Source: a virus (Duplodnaviria; Heunggongvirae; Uroviricota; Caudoviricetes). Taken from it: DNA of 64,000 bases. The stretch lies in IMG/VR virus record IMGVR_UViG_3300010357_001332. One strand, 5' to 3'. This document shows positions 9,578 to 18,686 of this stretch, piece after piece. A program made the position numbers and the translations under genes. Each line of letters opens with the position of its first letter. Within the stretch, counting starts at the first letter, position 1. Below the pieces are notes generated by a model that was given only the letters and a program-made list of their open reading frames with translations, did not search any database and had not been told where the DNA came from.

Positions 9578-9823
9578 TTACTGCTTTTTAGTTAGATTTA
9601 TAGAATTAGGATCGCACTCATATTTAAAAGAGCACATCCAAATTTCACCATTATAAGTGCAATCACAATGATAATCACCTGGTTTTAATTTACAAGGAGC
9701 ATGATTAATAGCATCTTGACATGCTTCTCTATCTGTATCTCCTTTGCCAGATTGAACACCAGCACCTATAGCAAAAAGAGAAATAGTAATTAAACTAAAA
9801 AGAATAGTAAGAGTTTTTTTCAT
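9578..9823 (-). CDS. secreted cysteine-rich small protein
   Basis: Signal peptide; 6 Cys. Confidence 0.45.
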   Translation of the reverse strand: MKKTLTILFSLITISLFAIGAGVQSGKGDTDREACQDAINHAPCKLKPGDYHCDCTYNGEIWMCSFKYECDPNSINLTKKQ

Positions 9824-9828
9824 ATAAT

Positions 9829-10221
9829 TTACTCCATTATTTTAATTTGATTAATTAGAATAGGAAAAGGTATTACTTTTGCTTGAATATTTTCTTGTAT
9901 AAATAGCTGAAGCATATTTTCTGCACCAACAGGATTTTGTGTATGAATAATGATTTGTGTGTTTTTAATATCCTCAGATCTATACGTAGTAAGAAATCTA
10001 ACAAATTGATAACCAGTATTCCAGAAATCCGAATCTACATAAATCTCACCGCCAAGATCGTGATCTAAAAGAATAGAATCAAAAGGTCTATTTTTATCAA
10101 ACTTTTCTTTTGCTTCTTTTACATCTATAGCATGAATTATAGTATGATCTTTAAGAATAGATTTGAATGCTATCATTCTATCAGGATTATCTTCTAATAT
10201 AAATATTTTCATTTGCAACAC
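9829..10221 (-). CDS. stand-alone response-regulator receiver (CheY-like REC) domain protein
   Basis: KIFILEDNPD (acidic pair), ILLDHDLGG (phospho-acceptor Asp), IIIHTQN (Thr), AKVIPFP (Lys-Pro) fall at the canonical REC spacing. Confidence 0.5.
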   Translation of the reverse strand: MLQMKIFILEDNPDRMIAFKSILKDHTIIHAIDVKEAKEKFDKNRPFDSILLDHDLGGEIYVDSDFWNTGYQFVRFLTTYRSEDIKNTQIIIHTQNPVGAENMLQLFIQENIQAKVIPFPILINQIKIME

Positions 10222-10418
10222 TTTTTTATTTTATTTTTACTTCTATTATATCTAGCATACTCTTCTTTCCAAAATTCTGTATATGTTAGTGTATCGGGAT
10301 TCCAGATAGCATCTGCTATTTCTTCAGTTGAAGTAGGAATAGATTCTTCATTATATTCTACACCACAATATCTGCATTTACTATCTTGTAAGTGTGCACC
10401 ACAAGATTTGCATCTCAT
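10209..10418 (-). CDS. zinc-ribbon protein
   Basis: CKSCGAH...CRYCG. Confidence 0.4.
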   Translation of the reverse strand: MRCKSCGAHLQDSKCRYCGVEYNEESIPTSTEEIADAIWNPDTLTYTEFWKEEYARYNRSKNKIKKCCK

Positions 10419-10601
10419 ATTTAATTACCTTTTACTTCTATATTTTCTATTTAATTCAATAATCTTATCTTTCATTTTATCTGAATAAGATTCTTGTGTC
10501 AACATATTATTCAAAAAATCTGATTCCCAATTATTGAATTTTTCGGAATATAATTCAATTAAAGATTCTACTATTGCATGATGATTTATTTCTTTCATAT
10601 T

Positions 10602-10799
10602 TTACTCACAAAATATTTTACAAAGTAAAACTATAATCCAAAAAATAAAAGCTATACCAGCAAATGCTATCCCAGTTAAATAGGATAGAATTATAATCAT
10701 TGTTTCCATCTCATGACCGCAGGAATCTCTCCAGAAAGCAAATACTATAAATATTATAGAAATTAGTGTTAAGATAATAGTTGTTATTAATAATATCAT
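10602..10799 (-). CDS. small membrane protein (2 TM)
   Basis: 65 aa, highly hydrophobic. Confidence 0.4.
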   Translation of the reverse strand: MILLITTIILTLISIIFIVFAFWRDSCGHEMETMIIILSYLTGIAFAGIAFIFWIIVLLCKIFCE

Positions 10800-10804
10800 T
10801 TCTA

Positions 10805-11110
10805 TTATCTAGTTTCTTTTTGTAAAGGCTGAGAACAAAGTTCATTTCTAATTTCTCTTAAGTTTTTGCATAATACTTCTACAGTATAATAAAGAGTATT
10901 TAATCTATCTTGTAGTTCTAATAAATCACCTTTAGAAGCATAACATTTTTTTGTATCTGTGTTATCATCAGAAGACATAGGTTTGGGTTCAACTACAGAA
11001 TTCTGAATATCAGTAACAAGAGTTTCACACCCAAGTATTACTTCAGAAATTTGTTTTGTCTTAAAATGTAATTTTGAAACTAAAGGTTCGGTAGTCGTGT
11101 TTGTATTCAT
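10805..11110 (-). CDS. hypothetical protein
   Basis: 101-aa ORF. Confidence 0.4.
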   Translation of the reverse strand: MNTNTTTEPLVSKLHFKTKQISEVILGCETLVTDIQNSVVEPKPMSSDDNTDTKKCYASKGDLLELQDRLNTLYYTVEVLCKNLREIRNELCSQPLQKETR

Positions 11111-11122
11111 TTAAAATCTCCT

Positions 11123-11917
11123 TTATTTTTTATTCATATAAATCCAACCATCAATAACCCATTGACAATATTTCTCATGGTCTTTACCATACCATCCACA
11201 AGAATATGGATGTTGAGATTCCACTAAAGCAAACTTTCCTTCTGATGTCATTCCAAAATCTACTGCTCCACAAAATCTATCTGGAAAATGAATACCTTTT
11301 CTCCGCAGCATTTCCATTTCTGTTAATGGCCTACCACCAATTGGGAAAGTTGCAAACCATAATTCTTTATAAGAAATATCTAATGCATCTGGCATATTTT
11401 CTTCATCACCAGCATACCATTCTCCACATAATACTTTACCATTTGATATATAATAACGCCATTCATTTTCAAATTTAATTATATCAGAACACCAATAAGG
11501 ACCTTTTTTCTTTCCTCTATAAGATCCCGGTATAGTTATTCTTCCATTAAATCTTTTATATCTATCTGCAGGTTTAATAAAAACCTTTTTATCTAATGGC
11601 CATTTATCTGCTTTCCACACATCCCTGTATAAATATTGTTTAAGAAATGATGGATAATAATCAGGTGTAGGATGATATCCTAAAATAGATTCAATCCATT
11701 CAATAGAACCGCAAGGAACATATTCAGATGGAACAGATTCATTTTTTCTTACTCTTATATAAGGAATCTTCTGTAAAGCACAAGTAATCATAATAGCTTG
11801 TGCTTCTTTGGAATTATCGTTTTTTAATAAAACGAATCCTTTATATCCTCTCAAGTCAACCATTTTTTTTATCTTCTTTCGAAAAGAGTTGTATACAAGA
11901 AATATATATAAATACAA
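11123..11917 (-). CDS. ATP-grasp-like enzyme (tentative)
   Basis: KVFIKPADRYKRFNG, EWRYYISNGKVLCGEWY and AVDFGMTSEGKFALVESQHP resemble the ATP-grasp KP..G / E..Y / vDf..t.dG...lEvN blocks. Confidence 0.4.
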   Translation of the reverse strand: MYLYIFLVYNSFRKKIKKMVDLRGYKGFVLLKNDNSKEAQAIMITCALQKIPYIRVRKNESVPSEYVPCGSIEWIESILGYHPTPDYYPSFLKQYLYRDVWKADKWPLDKKVFIKPADRYKRFNGRITIPGSYRGKKKGPYWCSDIIKFENEWRYYISNGKVLCGEWYAGDEENMPDALDISYKELWFATFPIGGRPLTEMEMLRRKGIHFPDRFCGAVDFGMTSEGKFALVESQHPYSCGWYGKDHEKYCQWVIDGWIYMNKK

Positions 11918-12360
11918 ATACTGCTACAAGAATTAAAAGAGGAAATACTAAATCTTTCTTTTTCATAAAATTTCTTTTCTATCTTCACACATACCAATTG
12001 TGAAAAATCCTAAATGAATATAATAAATAGGTCCGTCATACCAATCTTTTACAAAACCAAATTTCCATTTTTTATTAGATATGATACCTATACAAAGATA
12101 CCATTGATACTTCTTTCCTGTATCTGAAATTGTTTTTTCTGTTTTGATATTAAATAGATTCATTTTAAAAAATGAAATTAAGTACAATGTACATACTAGT
12201 TAAAATAAAACCTATGCTAAATCCTATTAAAAACTTCTTTTTAGAAGACAACTTATCCAATCTAGAAAACATCCGAGAAAAATCATAATGTTCATAATCA
12301 TCTTTTTTTACGTACTCCAGAAATTCTTTTATTGTATCTTTGTCTAACTCAAATGGAATT

Positions 12361-12582
12361 TTATTTAGTAATTTCATCTTTTTTGAACCACTGATATAAA
12401 CCAACTATACTTGTTATACTATAAATAGAAAATAGCACAACTTGAGGATAATCTTCTTTGTAAATGCCTATAATACAATATCCTATATTACCTACTAACC
12501 ATAATACATAGCTGTAGCGATTTTTAAATACGTTAAGAACAGATCCTAATATGTTAATTCCTACAAATATCCAACTTAACAT
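12361..12582 (-). CDS. PnuC-like small membrane protein (paralog of 17873..18112)
   Basis: W/N/G pattern ...WLVGNIGY...IYSITSIVGLYQWFKK; shares layout with the 17873..18112 product. Confidence 0.35.
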   Translation of the reverse strand: MLSWIFVGINILGSVLNVFKNRYSYVLWLVGNIGYCIIGIYKEDYPQVVLFSIYSITSIVGLYQWFKKDEITK

Positions 12583-12797
12583 TCTTCTTCTTTTTCTTCT
12601 TCCACCTTATTTTCTAAGCCTTCAACAATAGTCTGCTTCGTAAAAGATAATCCAATCATAGCCCTATAAAATAGATCCACAAATTCACTGATAGGTGCAT
12701 CAGAATTTACATTTGTAGTAACAATCTCTACTGAACAAACATTATCTCTATCTACCTCAGCAAAGATATCTGTTGCTTCGACTCTAATTTTAATCAT
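12576..12797 (-). CDS. hypothetical protein
   Basis: 73-aa acidic ORF. Confidence 0.35.
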   Translation of the reverse strand: MIKIRVEATDIFAEVDRDNVCSVEIVTTNVNSDAPISEFVDLFYRAMIGLSFTKQTIVEGLENKVEEEKEEEC

Positions 12798-12903
12798 TAC
12801 TATTCTCCTTTTTATTTAATCTATAGATGTTGCAAATAAAATAGCAAGTAATAAAAATATAACTAGTAATATACCGATTATAATATAATATATAATATTC
12901 ATA

Positions 12904-13263
12904 TTAATTACCTTTACGAAATACAATAATATCTGTTAAAATATATAAGGATATAAGATTAAGTAATCCTATACCACCTAATATAATAGAAGATATTATA
13001 TTAGATAGTGCTAATTCATAAAATACTGCACCTATCCAAAAGACAACACTAAAACTATTTAAAGCTATCAGATTATATGCCATATCTTTTTTTTCTGCTA
13101 AGGGCATTGAGACGATATTTATAATACATATAAATATAATTAATATTTGCATCATAATATTTGTTTTTGTCAGACAAACGAAACCTATTATAGACGCAAG
13201 ACCATTCATAAAACATAAGGTAATTAAGGTATCTTTAACTTTCATTCTTCGTCCTCCCAACAC
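12904..13263 (-). CDS. membrane protein (3-4 TM)
   Basis: 119-aa hydrophobic ORF. Confidence 0.4.
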   Translation of the reverse strand: MLGGRRMKVKDTLITLCFMNGLASIIGFVCLTKTNIMMQILIIFICIINIVSMPLAEKKDMAYNLIALNSFSVVFWIGAVFYELALSNIISSIILGGIGLLNLISLYILTDIIVFRKGN

Positions 13264-13455
13264 CAGTCTTCTGGAATCAAATCATCTATTTTACAATATA
13301 CTCTTCCTATATCTTTTACTTCTTCTGTGTGTGCAAATCTCAGTAAATGAGAGAATAAAGCATCTTGTATAATAAATAATTCTTCTTTAGTTAAAGTGAT
13401 AATAATTTCTCTTTCCATAATAAATGATCCTGGTGTAAATATAAGTAATAATTAC

Positions 13456-13899
13456 TTAACCACAATTAGAACATTGCACCTTTCCTGGTCTAACTACTTC
13501 CATTGTTTTCTTTCCGCATTCAGGGCATCTTTTAAGCCAGATATTTTCTCCATCTGTAATAACTTGAGCACTTTCTGTAGTTGTTTTCCATTTTAATAAT
13601 TCATCTAAATCATAAAAAACAGGAATATTATTTTTCTTTGCAAACTTAACTTCTATATCTGCACCCTTGGATTTACCAGGCAGTCTTAAAAGACAATCGC
13701 ATTGTTTCAACCATTCTAAATCTAACCGCATGCAAGTATTATAATCTTTAGGGTTCATAATATGTTGAAAATGTAGTAGTAATGGACAAAAGGGTGCAAA
13801 TCCAAGATCTATTAATTTATCTGCACATCTCATAGAATTCCCTACATTTATACCCATATCACCCTTACTGTAAGGTGATGCTATATATACTTTTATCAT
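13456..13899 (-). CDS. nucleoside 2-deoxyribosyltransferase-like (DUF4406-type) protein with C-terminal zinc ribbon
   Basis: N-terminal KVYIASPYS..D..N.....A..L...GF.PF..L typical of DUF4406/NDT-like folds; C-terminal CPECG..CSNCG. Confidence 0.45.
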   Translation of the reverse strand: MIKVYIASPYSKGDMGINVGNSMRCADKLIDLGFAPFCPLLLHFQHIMNPKDYNTCMRLDLEWLKQCDCLLRLPGKSKGADIEVKFAKKNNIPVFYDLDELLKWKTTTESAQVITDGENIWLKRCPECGKKTMEVVRPGKVQCSNCG

Positions 13900-13957
13900 T
13901 TATTATAACTCCATTTCACATACTATTTCTTTCTTTAAACTGAACAGATAAGTTCAA

Positions 13958-14206
13958 TCATATCGAGCCGTTTTCTTCTTTTCGTTTTTCTTCATATTCA
14001 GCTAAAATAGATCTTTCTATTTCAGTTGCACATTGGCGTAATTCGCCAATAAAGTTCTTATAATTATTATATGATGGTTTAATAAAATACTTACAAAATT
14101 TAAATAAGATATAATTTAAATCACCATCTGCTTTTATCTCTGCTTTTGCAAGATCCACTACAATATGTTCTAGCTCTGTTCTTCTTGATTGTTTAATATA
14201 AGGCAT
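13958..14206 (-). CDS. hypothetical protein
   Basis: 82-aa ORF. Confidence 0.35.
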   Translation of the reverse strand: MPYIKQSRRTELEHIVVDLAKAEIKADGDLNYILFKFCKYFIKPSYNNYKNFIGELRQCATEIERSILAEYEEKRKEENGSI

Positions 14207-14222
14207 TATTTATCTCCATATA

Positions 14223-14780
14223 CTAATTTATTTTAAGCCAACCATCTTCCTCAAATTTCTTAATTCTTTCTTCATTTCTATCCATAAAATAGTTTGATTC
14301 TGTAGTATGTATCATAAATATTTTTCTTTGTATAAATTTGGAAGCACCGGGAATCACTTCAATAATACCACAATATGGATGATACGCCATACCTGAAATA
14401 TTTACATCTACATGATTTACTACATCGAATAGTTGTATTAATGGGCTATAATATTTTTCTGGTTCTTTTAGAAACATAGCATCTAGTACTTTTACTCCTC
14501 TATATCTATACCCATTTCCTTTAAGAAATTTCGATTCTGTTAAACTAGATGCAGAGCAATGTTCTAAGTTTGGAAAAACATTTCTAAGATCACCAGGAAA
14601 TTCCAGAAAGATAATATCAAAATCTTTACAAGAATCTTTATCTAATAAACTATCCCTTACTGCACCACCAAATAATAAGAAATTAAGATTTGCATCTGCA
14701 AGTTTATTTAGATTAATACCTAACTGTCTTTCATATTGATGAATTCTTTCTATAGCTGCATCATTTTTAATAAATATCAT
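14223..14780 (-). CDS. minimal PolyA-pol/CCA-adding-type nucleotidyltransferase (head domain only)
   Basis: LLFGGAVRDSLLDKDSCKDFDIIF matches the GG.VRD.LLG...D.D catalytic signature of class II tRNA nucleotidyltransferases. At 185 aa it is far shorter than a full CCA enzyme. Confidence 0.45.
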   Translation of the reverse strand: MIFIKNDAAIERIHQYERQLGINLNKLADANLNFLLFGGAVRDSLLDKDSCKDFDIIFLEFPGDLRNVFPNLEHCSASSLTESKFLKGNGYRYRGVKVLDAMFLKEPEKYYSPLIQLFDVVNHVDVNISGMAYHPYCGIIEVIPGASKFIQRKIFMIHTTESNYFMDRNEERIKKFEEDGWLKIN

Positions 14781-14798
14781 TATTATAGCATCCTTATC

Positions 14799-15041
14799 TC
14801 AATTACAAAAAAATATACTAAAACAAAAATATAATAATATTAGAAGATAAATACTAAGAACAATTAATACAAAAATACCAATAGTAATAATTCCACTTAA
14901 CCAATAATCTGTATAATCATTACAAAATACTAATATCAATGAGGAGTTTAAATATCTTGTTTGTATTCTTCCAATTATATAAGGAAAGACTACGACTCCT
15001 AGAATAACTCCTATAGTTAATAGTAATGCTTGTATGCACAT
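14799..15041 (-). CDS. small membrane protein
   Basis: 80 aa, 2-3 TM. Confidence 0.4.
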   Translation of the reverse strand: MCIQALLLTIGVILGVVVFPYIIGRIQTRYLNSSLILVFCNDYTDYWLSGIITIGIFVLIVLSIYLLILLYFCFSIFFCN

Positions 15042-15050
15042 AGATTCCTC

Positions 15051-15764
15051 TTAATACTTTTCTAGATATAATTCTTTTGTATATTTATCATAAACTTGTT
15101 TCATTTCATATGCAATTCTTTTATATTTACAATGCAAAGCAAGTTTTCCTGTAAATAGCCTTCTAATAAATTCCTTAAAGGTTCTTCCATAAAAGAATCC
15201 AACACTTCCAAGACCTAGATCAATTAAGAAAGCATGTATTTCATCCCACCAAACAGTTTTATCATATTGCTTATAAGTTAAAACTTTAAACATTGGAGAG
15301 AAATCTAATTTATATGTTCTAGTATACTTATTTGCTATTCTTCTTATCTCTGAGTTATAATTTCTATTTAGATAATATAAAGCATGTGCAATCTCATGAT
15401 CAATAGCGCTATATTTAGCTTTATCAGATTCAAAAGTAGCTATAATATAAAAATCATTCATTAATTGCTGATTATTTTGTTGAACAATTTTTATAATTTT
15501 AAGTTCATCTAATGAAAAATTTACAGAATATCTTTCATGAAATTTTCTACAAACTTCACCTGGAATATTATGCCCCAATACTATTGAATAATAATTAGGA
15601 ATATATTTTAAGATATCTGTTGTCTCAAATAATCTATTTTTGTAGATAGGGGATTCATTAAATTCACTAAATCTCATGAAGGTTCTATTCATAGATTCTT
15701 GATCTTCAAATATAAAATGAAAAACTCTTTTGTTATCTTTAGTTCTATAAGTTTTATATCTCAT
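15051..15764 (-). CDS. putative HExxH zinc metallopeptidase
   Basis: AIDHEIAHALYY contains HEIAH. Confidence 0.35.
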   Translation of the reverse strand: MRYKTYRTKDNKRVFHFIFEDQESMNRTFMRFSEFNESPIYKNRLFETTDILKYIPNYYSIVLGHNIPGEVCRKFHERYSVNFSLDELKIIKIVQQNNQQLMNDFYIIATFESDKAKYSAIDHEIAHALYYLNRNYNSEIRRIANKYTRTYKLDFSPMFKVLTYKQYDKTVWWDEIHAFLIDLGLGSVGFFYGRTFKEFIRRLFTGKLALHCKYKRIAYEMKQVYDKYTKELYLEKY

Positions 15765-15786
15765 TTTTATTGCCTCTTAACATTAG

Positions 15787-16137
15787 TTAAATTGCTTCTT
15801 TTTCAGATAAAATTAATTCAGAAGAATCTTCAAATACAACTTTTTTAATTTTGTATTCTTTCATTATCTTTATACAATTCTCACAGCAATAAGTATGTCC
15901 TATTAAGTATAATGTTCCATCTATTGCTTCATCACCTGCATTAATACAAGCATCTACTTCTGCGTGATTTTTTTGTTTGCAAATATCTTTGCATAACTCA
16001 TATCCTTGTCCAGAAGGTAGATCTTTTCTTGGACACTCTTTTTGAGGATTAGCACACCAATTAGATCCACAAATCAGTTTGGAATTCAAAGTTAAGATAT
16101 ACGCAGTTACTTCTTGTTTAGCACATTTACCTTTCAT
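15787..16137 (-). CDS. dCMP/cytidine deaminase-fold zinc enzyme
   Basis: HAEVDAC ... CCENC zinc-ligand pair (H-A-E / C-x-x-C) of the CDA fold. Confidence 0.5.
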   Translation of the reverse strand: MKGKCAKQEVTAYILTLNSKLICGSNWCANPQKECPRKDLPSGQGYELCKDICKQKNHAEVDACINAGDEAIDGTLYLIGHTYCCENCIKIMKEYKIKKVVFEDSSELILSEKEAI

Positions 16138-16139
16138 AA

Positions 16140-16442
16140 TTACTTATATAAAAAGTTATCTTCTGTCACCCAATATTTTCTTTCTTTTGGAGAAAATTTT
16201 CTTAGTAAAGAAAAATAAAAAATAGTTCCTAATATATAAAACCTAATATTTTCCGTTTTTAATCTACTAAGAAATTTATAAGCATCACCTGAACATAATC
16301 CTGGGCATTCACAGCATATTCTACCGCATTCCGGACAAAAAGTATCATAATCATATTGAACTAGATTATAACTTATTCTTAGATAAGTAAGAATCTTATA
16401 ATTAGAATGATCTATATGATTTTTAGTTAAAAAAGGATTCAT
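16140..16442 (-). CDS. cysteine-cluster protein
   Basis: FCPECGRICCECPGLC motif. Confidence 0.4.
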   Translation of the reverse strand: MNPFLTKNHIDHSNYKILTYLRISYNLVQYDYDTFCPECGRICCECPGLCSGDAYKFLSRLKTENIRFYILGTIFYFSLLRKFSPKERKYWVTEDNFLYK

Positions 16443-16453
16443 ATTTTTATTAC

Positions 16454-16783
16454 CTAAACTGAAATAATATCTTCAATATATAAGTAGTCTGCTAAATACA
16501 CTTGATCTGGACTTTTTTCTTTCTTAACTATTTTTTTACATTTACATTTAGCAATAGCTTTGTATTCTGTATTTTTGAATTTCTTAAGGTATTCTCTGCA
16601 TAGTTCAGGTGAAGGAATTATATGCCAACCTGACATATATTCAGATCCAATACCATCCCTTACCATCTTCTTTTCTGCTTTAAGCCATTTTTTTATTGGT
16701 ATTGTTTTACTTCCTTCTAATCCGTGAAATAATGTTTTTGCATTTCCATTCTGAAAATCAATTATTTTATACCAATACTTCAT
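16454..16783 (-). CDS. hypothetical protein
   Basis: 109-aa basic ORF with RBS GGAGACTTAG before the ATG. Confidence 0.45.
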   Translation of the reverse strand: MKYWYKIIDFQNGNAKTLFHGLEGSKTIPIKKWLKAEKKMVRDGIGSEYMSGWHIIPSPELCREYLKKFKNTEYKAIAKCKCKKIVKKEKSPDQVYLADYLYIEDIISV

Positions 16784-16810
16784 CTAAGTCTCCTTTTTTA
16801 TATTAAAAAA

Positions 16811-16978
16811 TGCAGTACAGACGGATACTGGTGTACACCGAGCGAATATAACCTTTAGCCGATTTCTGCTTCACCGTCACGGCATCGTATGATCTCTTCC
16901 ACTGAAGGAGGGTGTAACTTCGAGCCTACCTTATTAGAAGCTATATCTCAAATTTAATGAGCTCCGTCTGTACTGCAT
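16811..16978 (-). ncRNA. candidate structured RNA closed by a 15-bp perfect inverted repeat, fused to the 3' end of tRNA-Met
   Basis: TGCAGTACAGACGGA (16811..16825) and TCCGTCTGTACTGCA (16964..16978) enclose a 138-nt GC-richer segment; a T-run follows on the minus strand. Confidence 0.4.
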
Positions 16979-17049
16979 TAGCGGGTGTGAGAGTCGAACT
17001 CACCTAAGAAGGGTATGAACCTTCTGACTGTCCGCTAGTCTAACCCGCG
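16979..17049 (-). tRNA. tRNA-Met/Ile2 (anticodon CAT)
   Basis: Reverse complement: acceptor CGCGGGT/ACCCGCT (C1:U72 mismatch), D-arm GACT-AGCGGAC-AGTC, anticodon stem GAAGG/CCTTC with loop TTCATAC, T-arm GTGAG-TTCGACT-CTCAC. Confidence 0.7.
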
Positions 17050-17054
17050 ATATA

Positions 17055-17354
17055 TTATTCACCATCCTCTTTTTCAAAAAGATATTGTTTTATCTCATCA
17101 TCTGTAAACATTTTTGTAACATCTTTTTCCCAAAATCTGTATAGCATTTTATTATATGACCACATTCCTTGTTCTATTTCACGCAGGAGTTTACCCTTTT
17201 TTCCTTCTTGTTCTAGAGAATGTCTTTTTTTAATTGCTTTTTCAAACACTTTAAGTTTGGCAGTTAAAACCCATTCATTTCTAGTAGCAAAACCTATACA
17301 AAACGCTAAACCACATATAATTATTATAACAGGTATAAAGATATTTAAGGGCAT
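17055..17354 (-). CDS. membrane-anchored protein
   Basis: N-terminal TM; 99 aa. Confidence 0.4.
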   Translation of the reverse strand: MPLNIFIPVIIIICGLAFCIGFATRNEWVLTAKLKVFEKAIKKRHSLEQEGKKGKLLREIEQGMWSYNKMLYRFWEKDVTKMFTDDEIKQYLFEKEDGE

Positions 17355-17362
17355 ATATAATC

Positions 17363-17806
17363 CTATTTATCTATGATTAGTATACCATCTAAATGGTCTA
17401 ATTCTTGTTGTATCACTCTTGCAGATACATCACTAAGATTTAGTTTTAGTTCTTCACCATCTAAATCTATTCCTTTTACAGATATCTCTTTCCATCTTTC
17501 TACCTCTCTTTCTTGACCTGGGCAAGAAAGACAACCCTCCATTCCTTTTATAGTTTCATCGCTATGCGACGTAATCTCTGGATTTAATAAAGTTAATCTA
17601 ACACCATTTTCGTACATAATAGTATCTATAATAAGCATTCTATATGAAGAACCTATTTGATTAGCAGCTAAACCAATTCCTTTATTGGAATACATTACTT
17701 GAAACATTCTTTTAGCAACATAATGTACTTTTTCATCTATCTTATCGATATTCTTGCATTTTGTTCTTAAAAAATCGTTTGGGTGTTTAAGTAATGTATA
17801 ACTCAT
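17363..17806 (-). CDS. def: peptide deformylase
   Basis: All three PDF motifs are present: GIGLAANQIG, EGCLSCPG, QQELDHLDG. Confidence 0.8.
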   Translation of the reverse strand: MSYTLLKHPNDFLRTKCKNIDKIDEKVHYVAKRMFQVMYSNKGIGLAANQIGSSYRMLIIDTIMYENGVRLTLLNPEITSHSDETIKGMEGCLSCPGQEREVERWKEISVKGIDLDGEELKLNLSDVSARVIQQELDHLDGILIIDK

Positions 17807-17872
17807 CTTTTTTCCTCTTGTTGAAAATATTAAAAATCGAATTTTTTTCTGTAACTTTTTCTTCCTTTCTCT

Positions 17873-18112
17873 TTATTCTTCAGTTTGAACGAATTTATCT
17901 TCTTTAGACCACTGAATTAAACCCCAGATTTCAGCACCCAAATATAGAATAAAGTTTCCAACTAATGACCATTGTTCTCTGTAAATGCTAACTCCTATCC
18001 ACCAAATAGAACAAAGAATCCAAAGAAGAAAACACCATTTATTCTTTTTGATATTAAGAAGATAACCTATAAAACTTATAGAGACAAAAAACCATCCAAA
18101 TTGATCTATCAT
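17873..18112 (-). CDS. PnuC-like small membrane protein (paralog of 12361..12582)
   Basis: W-rich 3-TM protein ending ...GAEIWGLIQWSKED. Confidence 0.35.
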   Translation of the reverse strand: MIDQFGWFFVSISFIGYLLNIKKNKWCFLLWILCSIWWIGVSIYREQWSLVGNFILYLGAEIWGLIQWSKEDKFVQTEE

Positions 18113-18453
18113 TTGGAATACTCTTTAATAAGTTTTCTTACTTTTAGACGTTTAAAGCAGAGGAGAAATTGTAGAAGCTTTTCTGTGATTTTTTTCATGT
18201 TTCTTACCTTCATTTTTCTTTCTTTCTAATCTCATTTGTTTTATAGATTTATCTGCAAGCTCCTGAAGAGTGCTATTCCCACTGGACCATTCTTGACATT
18301 TATTTGCTACGGTTGAACAAACTGGTATGTAAATTCTATTTGCCATCTTTTTTTAATTCTTCCTTTGTCTTATTAATTATATGAAGAATGATCTTTAATT
18401 CTAATTCTATTTGTTTTGCTTCTTCTCTTAATTGTTGAGATTTAGTTTTCATT

Positions 18454-18684
18454 TTATTCTTTCATTATTTCTATAATATTCTTTTTAAGAAAATATTTAA
18501 ATACTTGTTTAGTAATATTTATTTTTCTTTCTATTTTAGGATCACTTCTATATAAAATCACTGAAAAATCTTTATCTGAACCACGGTATGGTTTTAATTC
18601 AAATATTTCATCTTTATCAAAAGAGATAGTACCTCTTCTTAACCAATCTCCATATGAAAATTCTGTAATAAATTTAACTTTCAT
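18454..18684 (-). CDS. hypothetical protein
   Basis: 76-aa ORF. Confidence 0.35.
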   Translation of the reverse strand: MKVKFITEFSYGDWLRRGTISFDKDEIFELKPYRGSDKDFSVILYRSDPKIERKINITKQVFKYFLKKNIIEIMKE

Positions 18685-18686
18685 AA

